From Ophelia neglecta (taxonomy: Eukaryota): 64,000 bases of DNA. Shown here one piece after another: positions 22,701-34,182 of this stretch; position 1 is the first letter of the stretch; every line of letters begins with the position of its first letter. The position numbers and the translations under genes were made by a program. The stretch lies in contig OZ260665.1 of NCBI GenBank assembly GCA_965285935.1, positions 36,084,001 to 36,148,000 of the forward strand. The letters run 5' to 3'. The notes beneath the pieces are model-generated. The model ran no database searches. It was not told the DNA's origin and saw nothing but the letters and a program-made list of their open reading frames with translations.

Positions 22701-25700
22701 ACACGTGTTGGTACTGTAATGTTAGTTATCATAGGCCCGATATTTTTGTCGAATTATCCAACATTTTTCCAACATTTAGATAGCTGCAGAATTAAACTAT
22801 CGATTTCGTTGCTGAGATCCAGCTGGTCTCGTATTTTGTTTCACTTTTTAGCCTTTCAGAATGGATGAGGAGGAGTGGCCGAGGAGTGGGATGTTAGAGG
22901 GGTCTGAGCACAAGCCCATACAACCTACAACAAGGCGAATTGGGCGGCCGCGCATTTTCTGAAAGGAAATTTATAGTAATTTATTCATATCAGGGTTGAA
23001 ATATTCTTCTCGTCAGACAGTTCATATACTTATTGTAGTCAGTATGAATGCAACAGACGGCTGACATAATTAAATGAAAACTATCTTGTTTTACATAAGG
23101 AAAGAGCATGATATGGAGATAGCAATTACTTGTCGACAATCTCCCCTCATATTCCAACCCTGCTTTCTGTTCCCTAGGCAGGTGTAAAATTATGTTAATG
23201 GCCACTAATACTGAGTCATGTACAATACAAATATAAGTGGAATCGTAGCATTGGACTTGACCTTACTATGTAGGTCAACTTGATTTGATGTCAATTCAAC
23301 GCATCCTTGTGCAGCAATAAATATGTCCATGCATCAAATGTATTCATATTAATATTTCATACTTTCTAAAAATTCCGTTCATATAGCAACGTCTGGCTAT
23401 AGTGCCCATAAAGGCATGCGTCTTGACACAGTTGCACATGACGTCACACTGATGCAAAAATGGCCTAAATGGCATTTTGGTCAAATTAGAGTTTTAATTA
23501 CCAAATATGACCGCCTAATCCGGACCTGTCATCATAGATACAGACCAAAGATGCAGGGATATTGTGAATGCACATATTGATCAATGTGTAAATGGCCCAA
23601 CTACCATGTCTGTAACGCCATTTTTATTTTCTTAGTTAGGCCAATTATCTGTGTCACTTAGGCCACTTTTACACTACTTGATGTAACTTCGGCCATTTTC
23701 TTAATATGCAATGTCACTTAGGCTATTTTCATTTCGGATGTTGGCTCATTTTCGTTTAAAGTCTTTTATATCTTTATTCCAATTTCAATTATGACCTAAC
23801 TAACAAAACCGCAGGTAAATCTTTAAATCTTAGTAAAAGACTCTTTATAATTAGTTTGGTCTCGACAGAAATATTCTTATGAAGAAACATGTACATAACT
23901 TGCCTCCTCCCCCCCCCCCCCCCCCAACCCCTCAACCCACCCCCGGTAGATCCGCCGCTGATTCTGCTCCATGGCCTATATGTAGGTTGTATGTTAGCCT
24001 ACGTTATGATGAAATCTATCGAGCATAGAGCAATATGTTTGCTGCAAAAGGCTTAGGGCACGCGGAAATAAATCTCCATTTATTCATCCTTCATGGCCCT
24101 ATCTCGATAAAAAGGCGAACTTGATGCCCTGAGGCTAAAGCCAATTTTATGGCCTTCCTGTGATTATGGCCCAATGTAGTACAGCTGGTCCGGTTCTAGA
24201 ATATTTACCAGTATGCTTCGCGTGTGATATCTTTCAATGCTTGCCATCCATGGGCGTTCAGTTAATTTCGAGGCACTTATATTTCTGCTGTTATCAGGAC
24301 AAATTCTTTGGATGATTGCTCAATAATTTATTGGAACCAGCATACCAATTAAGGTGCTATGAACATATGTAGGCCTATCACTTAGGTGTCGCCAGGACAC
24401 TGGTTATCAACATTTCATAATCAGTTACATTTAAGTTATTCTTCAGAAAAACCAACATGGCTGAAGCAGTTGAAATTTCCCGCCTCAGAATATTATGTCA
24501 ATATAACCTTAAAGGTTAAAGCTGTGTTCACACACCTACATTACCCAGCTAACGCATCTGCCATCCTAGGCGGCAATTACATGGCCACTCTAGTACTAAC
24601 AGGGAGGCTAGATTTCCATCTCGTTTGTCCTGACACCTTCGAGTTTTGCCTTTACCCACGGTTCCCCTCGAGCAGCAAGCATTAAGGACAGATTTGCCAT
24701 CACTTTTTTGTGCCGCCGGCAAGAGAAATTAGGCAAAGCGATATTGGGAGGAAATAGCCGCCACTCATTCCCAATTTAGAACCAAGAGACACGAAGCAAT
24801 TGTATTTATGTCCATGATTATAGGCTCATATCCTTCGGAAATCAGGTAAAATGTAGTCATTGTTGTTGTCAGAAAAACCAAGTCTTTAATCAAATACAAA
24901 TAGGGCCTACGTGATATGATCGTGAACGAGAAACTTCATCAAGATGATTATAGTACTATTACCTTCTGGTTAATTATATATTGCAACCCTCCCTTTAAAA
25001 ATAGAAAGTTGAAAATGTCTGGTCTAGAAGATCTTGGGTGTTCGAAAATACAAGTATTGTAGGCCTACCATCCCGGTGAGAGCCGGGTGCCGTTATGCCC
25101 CAGAGGGAGCTCTTAGAGTTTAGCCCCTTAGATCCTCCTCAGCTGGGATGGCGACCCCTAATCACACAATCCCCGGGAGCAACTAGTTGTCAAAACGGCG
25201 AGGACCTTCAACCCTGTGATTCTAATCTAAACAACGAGGGCTTTCAACCCTAGGATTCTAATTTGAACAGCCAGGGTCTTCAACCCTGTGATTCTAATCT
25301 AAACAGCGAGGGCCTTCAACCCTGTGATTCTCATCTAAACAGCGAGGGTCTTCAACCCTGTGATTCTAATCTAAACAGCGAGGGTCTTCAACCCTGTGAT
25401 TCTCATCTAAACAGCGAGGGTCTTCAACCCTGTGACTCTAATCTAAACAGCGAGGGCCTTCAACCGTGTGATTCTAATCTAAACAGCGAGGGTCTTCAAC
25501 CCTGTGATTCTAATCTAAACAGCGAGGGTCTTCAACCCTGTGATTCTAATCTAAACAGCGAGGGCCTTAGACCCTGTGATTCTCAACAAAACAGCGAGAG
25601 TCTTCAACCCTGTGATTCTAATCTAAACAGCGAGGGCCTTAGACCCTGTGACTCTAATCTAAACAGCGAGGGTCTTCAACCTTGTGATTCTAATCTAAAC

Positions 25701-28700
25701 AGCGAGGGCCTTCAACCGTGTGATTCTAATCTAAACAGCCAGGGTCTTCAACCCTGTGATTCTAATCTAAACAGCGAGGGTCTTCAACCCTGTGACTCTA
25801 ATCTAAACAGCGAGGGCTTTCCACCCAGTGATTCTAATCTAAACAGCGAGGGTCTTCAACCTTGTGATTCTAATCTAAACAGCGAGGGCCTTCAACCCTG
25901 TGATTCTAATCTAAACAGCGAGGGTCTTCAACCCTGTGATTCTAATCTAAACAGCGAGGGCCTTCAACCTTGTGATTCTAAACTGTACGGCGAGGGCCTT
26001 TAAACCCTGCGATTTCAATCTACATCCGAACCCGTTGGTTCGTCTTCGCTGATCGCCGGCATTGTGTTTATTGTCTTAGCCAAGGGGACGTACACAAAAA
26101 TCCACGCCTTTGACGAGAGGGGAAATTATTGAAATTTACTGTGTGCGTAAGTACAGTCTACCCCATTATTCGAAGTAATAACTTCAACACATTTTTTGCA
26201 GTAAATTGCTTATTAGTACCACACTTGTAATTGTCGAACATAGTCGATAGTTTTATTTAGGGGCGTACCATTTACTCATATTCTGAGAAAAAGAGTTGGG
26301 ATCTCAGGTTTAGGTTTCCTCTCCTTTAATTTTTTTTTCATTCAGGCCTGATACCGTTCGAGGGAAAACATTGGCCCTAAACATTTCTTTTAGACCCCAC
26401 CCCCTCCAAATTTCTAAATGTAGGTCAATAATCAGTGCGTTAGCGTAGACTTCCTATGCGAGGCTGCTCCAGCAATATTTGTATTACACCTGCCTTACAA
26501 CACCTCCATTGGCGGGCCATAAAACATCTCACACATCTCAATTTCGTGTATGACCACATCCCTTAAGACACTGAGGGGAGTGCACACATGTCAGCACCCT
26601 ATCTGTTGGAGCCCCTCGTCAGGTACCAGCTAGAGCGCTATCTCCGTTCAATCAAAACGTTTAATCATATAGCCTACCAACAGCTCTTTTCTCATGATCC
26701 AACTCTTAGAACAGTTTTAAATCATGAATGGATGCTCAGAAACACAGATCTGAGTATTGACCATTTTAAAACTTAGCTTAAAACTCGAATTTTAGGGTAG
26801 GTGTATTGAAAGGGGGAACGCGCATTTTTCTGGATTGGTAATATAACACACAGAAAAACAGGGATTTTTTGTCGGCATTCTTCCCGGCGACTCTTCAACT
26901 ATCAAACGATTATCCAGCCTAGCTATATATTTCTATAGTATAATTTTATTGGATCCAGATCCAGAATATAGGCTTTAAAACCTAAATATATTATTGTGCA
27001 TACTATTTGCGTCAATTTGCTAACGGCAAAAAATTCACTGTATCATTACAGAAAGTAACTTCCATTAAACTGTAATTATACTGTACACGCACAGAAAATG
27101 TTCGTGTCAGGAAATGTTCGCGATATTTTATATTGGACCTTATTCTGCAAAATAAATGTTCGGGGATCAGCGCTTCTGTATACGAATGAACTTAAGTGGC
27201 TGATAATCGAAATTATCTACGATCGCGCAAAGAAAAGTTTCGAGAACGTAAATCCTGAGCAATCTCTGCTGGCAACATGACGAGTGGTACAGAAGTCTTA
27301 TGTGGTGAGGACAAAACAGTTCAAAATGAATAATATCATTATGATTATTGTGTCGAATTGAAACAGGTCAAAACATTTTCGGGTTATTACAAGCTTAGCC
27401 ACTCTTTTCAAGGCACTAGCTAAACGATATTAATTTTCCTGGAGCAACTGACTAAACTCATAATAGGAGGGTCAGCGGCGTCTTCACACAATCATTGAAA
27501 ACACAGCACAGTTAACCATTATAATGTACATTTATATATACCTGTTCCATCTTTCATTTGCAGATTCAAATTGCAAGGTAGCGTCTTATCCATCCCAGTC
27601 CATTATAACATTTGTTCGTTCGATGATCCACCGGTATGTTTCACAACAAATTAGTTTGTTGCCATTCTACATGGCCTGTTCTATGTTTTATTATGAGAGG
27701 TATTTAATTCCTCTCCCTATTGTTCTGACATGATGGAGCCGATAGCACGAAGCATTAGCTTAACATGCGCCATGATTTTACATGATAATACATGTAAGAG
27801 ATACTGGTCTGTTATTGGAAAGAGTAACAAGAAGCTTTTTAAAGATAATTGCGACGTTAGCTTCTCTGCAATCTTTACATACTGTTCGAGTATTTTGAAA
27901 ATGATTCCATATGTTTCCAAGGATTGGGGCTATTTCTCGAGCAAGATCCTTGGTAACCCCTGCTTCAATTTGTTCGGTCCCAAGGCTTTGTGCGGTTTGA
28001 GATTTTCTAGAGTTTTCTCAGCGCCATTTGAAAACAAATATATTTCCTTTTCTGTACGGATGTGGGCTAGGACCTTTTTCAGATACAATTCCGGGTGGTT
28101 CATGGGAGAAGACAGTTTGAACTGATTATGAAGAAGTTCAGCTTTGTCGAAGGTGGGGGATGGATAGTGTTTACTTCTTCTTCAGAGGAAAATTGAATAG
28201 ATTTGACAGTTGCCTTTCCATATTTCCTCTTTACCATGCTTTTTAGATCATGGCTTTTGCTGTATTGCTTGCAGAATTTAGTTTACAATGTTGGTTTTCT
28301 CTTTTCTGTTTTCGCATTAGTCTTTCCATCAGCGTCGAAATCCAGGGTATTTTCATCTTGTTAGATGATGTGTAATTCAGACATGGCATTTGTAAGATAT
28401 GCTTTTTAAGAGAGTCATTATTTTTCCTATTTACACTGAAAAGTCAAGGGCAGAAAGGTCATTTAGTATTTCATCTGCTTTCGTGTGAAGGCCAATCCAG
28501 TTTGCCTTGTGTAATACAGCGATGTTTCTCTTGCATGGTTTGTAGCGTTGTGCTTTGAGATTTAGCTAAAATGCTAATTCTCTACTGATCACATTAATTT
28601 TTCAGTCCACTTCGCCATATCCTTATTGATGTTACGTACGAATAAGAAATCCCTTTATCCCTTTAAACGACTTTGCCGTTTGGGTAGTTGCACTCTTACG

Positions 28701-28983
28701 GTGATCAAATAAATGAAGGTATTCCAATTCTAATTCTAAAATATTTCTCAATAAATTTTTCAGATTTTGGTCTTCAGACAGTCCTCATTTAATATGTCAA
28801 TAAAACATATTTCTAAACTATGCCAAAGTGGCATCCGTTGGATTCTTATATGAGACAACCTGAAGCAACCATTTCATGAAAAGAAATCCTTGACCATACT
28901 CACTGCTAAGGTTTTTTTGAACAGTTGTCCTGGACTTACTTACCCGCTATTTGTTCTTCAGTCAATCTCCGTTGATCAATATT
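16731..28983 (-). CDS. CaM: Calmodulin paralogue (calmodulin-like, 4 EF-hands, 152 aa if joined to a lone upstream ATG). complement(join(16731..16759,18882..18962,19456..19617,20097..20240,28944..28983)); ATG exon upstream, not firmly placed
   Basis: Spliced translation (M)[151 protein letters not shown]; the four introns between these exons are GT-AG, phase 1. Confidence 0.95.
17057..17581. mobile_element. MITE with poly-G/poly-C termini and about 45-bp imperfect TIRs, in the last intron of CaM-like gene 1
   Basis: Left GGGGAGGCAC...AGGGTAGGAATGCTCCGCG is inverted relative to right CGCGGAGCATCCCCGCCCT...GTCCCCCCCTCCCC. Confidence 0.7.
18365..18715. repeat. 24/26-bp GC-rich minisatellite (about 14 copies), core TAGGCCCGTCTCTGGGAGGG
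   Basis: Direct tandem units, e.g. at 18651 and 18675 (period 24), followed by a 26-bp variant. Confidence 0.93.
18882..18962 (-). CDS. CaM: Calmodulin-like gene 1 exon 5 (EF4)
   Basis: Acceptor ttttccag; [26 protein letters not shown]; donor GTAACG. Confidence 0.96.
19346..19434. repeat. (TACA/TACAA)n microsatellite
   Basis: Directly visible; lies about 20 nt into the intron after CaM-like exon 4. Confidence 0.95.
19456..19617 (-). CDS. CaM: Calmodulin-like gene 1 exon 4 (EF2, linker, EF3)
   Basis: [11 protein letters not shown]...RHVMTNLG; weak donor G|GTTATT. Confidence 0.96.
19720..19859. mobile_element. Truncated Tc1/mariner (pogo/Tigger-type) MITE end
   Basis: Ends in GCAGGTTTGACTG-TA, i.e. 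a TA+CAGTCAAACCTGC type terminus; no matching left end found. Confidence 0.45.
20097..20240 (-). CDS. CaM: Calmodulin-like gene 1 exon 3 (EF1 and start of EF2)
   Basis: 144 nt, the canonical CaM exon size; acceptor gatttcag; donor GTGAGC. Confidence 0.97.
21290..21975 (+). mobile_element. Decayed L2/CR1-clade LINE reverse transcriptase fragment
   Basis: [20 protein letters not shown] (GVPQGSVLGP-like), [10 protein letters not shown] (YADD-like), [11 protein letters not shown]; stops and frameshifts present. Confidence 0.85.
23440..23900 (+). mobile_element. Non-autonomous DNA-transposon-like repeat with reiterated ACTTAGGCCATTTT motifs (copy 1)
   Basis: About 270 bp (23630-23900) aligns by eye with 44655-44930 in the same orientation. 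Confidence 0.65.
25192..26022. repeat. 36-bp minisatellite (about 23 copies), consensus AAACAGCGAGGGTCTTCAACCCTGTGATTCTAATCT
   Basis: Contiguous tandem units with no spacers; one + frame is open ([12 protein letters not shown])n. Confidence 0.97.
26440..26790 (+). mobile_element. L2-type LINE ORF2 3' end, collinear with 21290-21975
   Basis: [39 protein letters not shown] match the L2 C-terminal pattern. Confidence 0.75.
27700..28580 (-). mobile_element. Decayed CR1/Jockey-group LINE ORF2 fragment (tether to RT N-terminus)
   Basis: [21 protein letters not shown] (KA.GPD-like), [24 protein letters not shown]; frameshifted. Confidence 0.8.
28944..28983 (-). CDS. CaM: Calmodulin-like gene 1 exon 2 ([13 protein letters not shown])
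   Basis: Acceptor tttccctttctttctag; donor G|GTAAGT; LTEEQIA motif. Not in the ORF track. Confidence 0.88.
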
Positions 28984-30399
28984 CTAGAAAGAAAGGGAAA
29001 CCACATTCTTAGCTCAAACCATTTGAAATGAAGATCCATGAAAAACTTGTATCGAAAGATTTCTCCTTTCTAGTCATTTAACTGTTAAATTGTAATTATC
29101 ATATGCCAATGCTATAGATAATTTTGTTACTAAAATCTGACATAGGCCTGTGTAATTATATATATACATGTAGATGTATAACCCCAGGTGAGCTTCATAT
29201 ATACATGTATACAACTAAGCTGGGGCGTGCAAGCAGTGTATCAAATTAGGCTGGAATGAGTATTCAATGTCAATTCCCGAGTATTGAGTGAAATAAGCTA
29301 TTGAGGATTACTGGTAGAAGCTGCATTAATATCCAGGGGAAGATTGAATCGCCGAAAAAAAAGGCATTAATGGGGTGGTGAAAATATTGCTGGCCAAGAA
29401 AAGCAGTCCGCGCGTCATGACTAGCATGCTTGCACTGGGTATTCTCTATTTTTTATTGTAAGTTATCGTTGGCATCATCGTCTGCATAACTAGGCCTCCT
29501 TTACGGTGAAAAATTCCGCCTTTCTAGGATGACTGACGGCTTCTTTTATCCTTATAAACGTCACAATACAATGATACCGCAGATGATTTAGGATGGTTAT
29601 GCGTCTACCCGGAAGGTATACCGAACGAGACGGAGCCAAGTTTTGTTGACCTTCTGATTGGTCAAAAAACCGTCCTCTACCTCCGCAAGTCCACCCGACA
29701 GCTTCCAATCTATCATGATGTGTGTTGCGTGCTGATTTAGTATACTGATGGACAATATGGCATTCGTTGCCTTGTTCGAGCTCAAAAGTACTAGCCTAAA
29801 TCAGAGAACTAAGGTCGTTGTCGCATAACTAATTATTGGATTTCAGATCCATCTCAGAATCGCTTTTGTGAAATTAGACAAAGACCTGTGGAAAAGAGAA
29901 TGGAGGCTTTATGATATTATTGTCCGCATCTTTTTAAACTTGACCCCCTTTTTTGATCCCTTTTTTTGTTCTAGCCCGCTCTCCCAGGTGTGAACAGGTC
30001 ATTTGTCCTCGTTTTTGGCACTGTTGTGATCAATTTTCCTTTGCTGGCTATTTTAAGATAATAATTTGCCGTTCTCGGAGAGTCTTTGTTTTAAGCAATC
30101 CGTTTTGTTGATTCCAGATTTTGACCATAACCAGAGTTTGTTATGTCCATATTTGAGGCAGTCATTGTGCGTTTTATCAGTCTACCTGCCTTCAATTCAA
30201 TGGCGTACCCGCCGACTCCCATCTTCCCGGAAGAGAGGGATGGGTGGTTCGGGTTTTAAGGGCATGTGTTAATTAAACGAAAAACTTGGACGACTCATAC
30301 ACTATTATCTTTAGAAGGGGGCAACGGGTCCCTATAATCTATTATAATATAATACTTGCAGTACATAGTATCACTACTTGGGTCAAAATTGTAAGAACA

Positions 30400-31570
30400 C
30401 GCATGTCACCAAGAAGATATCAGGGTTTAGGAGGTATCGGTGATGATCTATCATTGAGCGATTATAAGTTTTTTAATGCTTGCGAATAGTTTAAAGCAAT
30501 ATAAATTTTAGATGATATAAATCCATACACTCAGACATGCATCCAGTCATTAAGCTGAATCATAATTATGATTTTATCCGGAGGAATAATCAAGCCAAAT
30601 ATGCTAGATTTCTTGCACTTTTTAGCTCCTCTATTTGTGAACGCAGACAACCTCATACAGCCTTGTTGAGTGACTTCCATTTGATGAAGTCAACGAGTGA
30701 AATTTAATAGGGAAAGTAGTTATCATTTGCTTTTTAACATGGCGTGAGTGTCTGGTAGGTGGAGATTGTATACTCCTTAATTTTCGTTATATCATGAGTG
30801 TAAATTTGAGCAGGTATAGGAATGTATTACATCAAAATTACGTAGATAGCTTCATGTTTTCTTTTAATATATGAGGTTTTAAACGCATAAGACTCCTCGC
30901 AGTGTATTATATTGGCTTTCCTATATTTATTTTCAGAATAAGACGATATATCCATCAGATTTGCCTCTGCTATATAATCATAAAGTATTATAAAGCTAGA
31001 TGTCCCCTTCTATTACAATATATTCGGCAAACAGATAGATTAACAAGATATACTAGATTTCCCACAATGGCGTTTCGATGTTATGTACAACACTTTATGT
31101 TTTGTAAATCTACATTTGGGTCGTTTGTACTTTGTCCTATAATACGACATTTGCATCGCCTCTTCAACGAACAATGTTTGAGCCAATTGAAAGTATTTTC
31201 GAAACGCCTGCAGCATCATGTCTTTATAGGGTGTCATTATTCATTTGAGATATTAAAATTTGAGTGACACATTTACCATACACGAGCAACTGTACATTAA
31301 AAGCATGTGATGCGAGAGGGATCGATGATTTTAGTGTGTACTTGTATAATAGTGTAATCGCAAATAATGATTTCTTGCAATTTTACCCTTTTTTTTTACT
31401 TGATTTCCCTACAAAACAAAGGCGGAAGAAATGTTCTGATTGGGAAAGATTCGTAACACCACTATAATCTTGAACACTTAACTGTCGGATAGACTGCCAG
31501 AAAAGCTAACTGTAACCGAGACTCATCAACAGACCTGAAGAAGTGCCAATTGGCAAAAAAAGGTTTAATC
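30400..31570 (+). mobile_element. Possible heavily decayed Penelope-like element
   Basis: GIY-YIG-like YYKARCP...YIRQTDR..TRF; upstream DDLSL and GFP motifs; downstream degenerate hammerhead-like CTGAAGA-stem. Confidence 0.35.
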
Positions 31571-34140
31571 GCGTCGTAAGGGCGGAATGTGCAATAGTTC
31601 ACAAGGCACTGGAATTGCATTGGCCAGACTTCATTTCAGCATTAATCTTGCCCATGGATAAGCGATAGTTCTAAAACATAAAAAAATAAAGCACTGGTTT
31701 TTTAATGTTAAGCGCCGCAGGGTGTTGTCTGTTCGTGTACTTCCTATAAACTCCAGGAATATCCCTGTTCAGTCACGTCTCAGCAAAGCACATTCGAGAT
31801 TCTACATGCTAACCTTACCAACTGTGAAGTGCCCTCGGTGAGTGGAGCGATGCCTCAGACGACCCAGACGACAGAGCCTGTTTGAGTTCAAGGTCATAAA
31901 CCAAGACAAATGTCCCCGACAGCAATAGCCAAACAAAAAGTCTTCATTGCGATTGATCTGTATACAGTATCCTCAGGCAACCGAATCATACGGACGATGG
32001 ATGATAAATGGAAAACTCAGTCCCTTTAACTTTCACGAATCCCCTTTAAATTGCTTTGTACTAAACAATAAAACAAACCGGCAGAACGCTAAACCGTTAT
32101 TTCCAAAGCTTAATTCTACAAATCAGCAAAACTGTTATGGTTTCGTATGTTTCTCATCTGTAGTGATAATAGAGCTGAAATTCACGATGGACGATCTCAC
32201 CAAAACAGTTTAACATACTATCTTTTTATACATCTAACGTCAGAGATGATAAAGTCAGTATTTTGGAAAAAGTTGTGGACACACACAGATGTAATCTATT
32301 GTGTGCCAGTTGTTCGTGACCTGCAGAATGTGATTTCCTTTGGACATCTAAACCCAGGGTTCAAGTAAACACAAAGTAACAAAACTCAACTATTTGACCT
32401 AACATTCTATTCTGGACCGTTACTTCCTAGTTTTGTGGATCTTGATGTTGCCAAAGTATGTTAGGTTTTTTTGTTCGCCAGATAGTCATAAGATTGCATT
32501 TTGGGAGTTGTGCCAACTATAATCCGGGAAGGGAACGTCCCTCACAACAAAACATGAATGCTTTTGATTAACCCGGCACGCGTTTGGTAGTGATCAATAA
32601 TTTATTGATCTTTAAGCTTGGGAAACGGCCGTTAATCACACTGACATGTGATTCTTCATCCAGTTTTCAAATACGAAAACATGTGAATCACTGCACCAAA
32701 ACGTGATTCAAACATCTTGGCTCGGGCAGATCTTTACATATTATGTTTGGGTAATGTTAATGATCAACCCAATCTGTAATTGGTATATGCATGAGGGTTT
32801 TCTGAGTTCTGATACCTCTAGCGGCTAGTCGCGGCACCATGTATATTTTGACTTCCTCACTAGTAAGTTAGGTATGAATTGCATGAATGTGTAAATTTGT
32901 CGTTTGTCCAGCGGCGAGAACGGATATGAAACAACGAGGGGCGAGATGAAAAGTTTCACTTCTAGTTTCATATGAGAGTAAAATTATTTTTTTTAAAGTG
33001 CTTATCAGAAAATTTATCTTTGAACTATAAGTTTCAACACAAATACAATCTTGATGTCCACTATATCTCTGCGTAGACTTTTATGTTGTGTTTTGTCTTT
33101 CTGAAATTGTCACTTCTACTAATGCTGTTCTTTTTGCTTTGTTCTTTCCTCTTTTAAGGCAGAAGTCCCTCGTGAGAGGATGACGTGCAGCATTCTTCTG
33201 GTGGTGGGTGATGATGATCAAAATCGAGAGAAAATGAAAGGGGCGGGGGCATTTGGGTGAAAATGGTGTCAGGGCTGGGTGTTTTAGTTAACATGATATG
33301 AGTAGGTCGCTAGTAGAAACACTGTTGAGAGTTTTTGTACGAGCGATAGGTAAGCGAAAGAAGAGTACTATCGACTCTTCCAAGACCTTCTCTCCAAGAG
33401 GAACTGGCTATTCGTCTTTGGTCTTCTGGCAGATATCGGGCGGTACACGCTAGTACAGGTTATACGATTATTTGGTTTCCCAGCCCAAAACCTTAGGATC
33501 ATAAGGATGAAATACCAGCATTTTTAAGACCGGCGGATGGAATAAACCAGGATTACGAGACCGGATCCCAAATATATTATATTTTCTAGACAGCTGGACT
33601 TATAATACTAGAGTTTTAAGACCGTGGGAGTCCCGGGTATATGATTAAGGTAAATTAAAGTATTCCGGGGTAGGGGGGTGGGGGGGGGGGGGCTTCCATC
33701 CAGGGGACTCAACACCGGCATAGGAGGCTATGCCTTGAAGATGGGGCTGTCTGATTTATTAAGAGTTTTACAATATAAGTCACCAGGTGGGCGATGGTCT
33801 TCATCAAGTGCGCAGAGGGGGCAGCAGATTCCTTCACTCCAACACCAGAGTCTAGAGAGAGGGCATCTTTTTACCAGTAAGGATGCTGTAGCAGTGAAAC
33901 GATTGACTAATTGGGTCACGTATAGGTAGAGAGAACAAAAATATTCCAAGTTTAATTTCATAAAACAAGGACACTGTAATATGTTACGATACACATTCGG
34001 TATAGATATCTAACCTACAACATGTTATCATGAATAATAAATCCCAAACTGGAAATAATAAGGATTTTTATATATATTTATAAGGTTCTTTCTAAAGGAA
34101 AAACAGTTTAAACCTTAATTAAGTAAAGTAATTTCCTTAC

Positions 34141-34182
34141 CATTCTGAAATGGTTTTCTTTCTTGTATATATAGGCGAACCT
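34141..34182 (-). other. Best candidate ATG-bearing exon of calmodulin-like gene 1
   Basis: ATG|GTAAGG at 34143-34135. Animal CaM genes split right after the ATG. Rival ATG|GT sites lie near 31277, 35839 and 53059. Confidence 0.35.

Noticed and set aside
25192-26022. 36-bp palindromic repeats as a CRISPR array
   Set aside because: Units are contiguous with no unique spacers, there are no cas genes, and the context is a eukaryotic intron.
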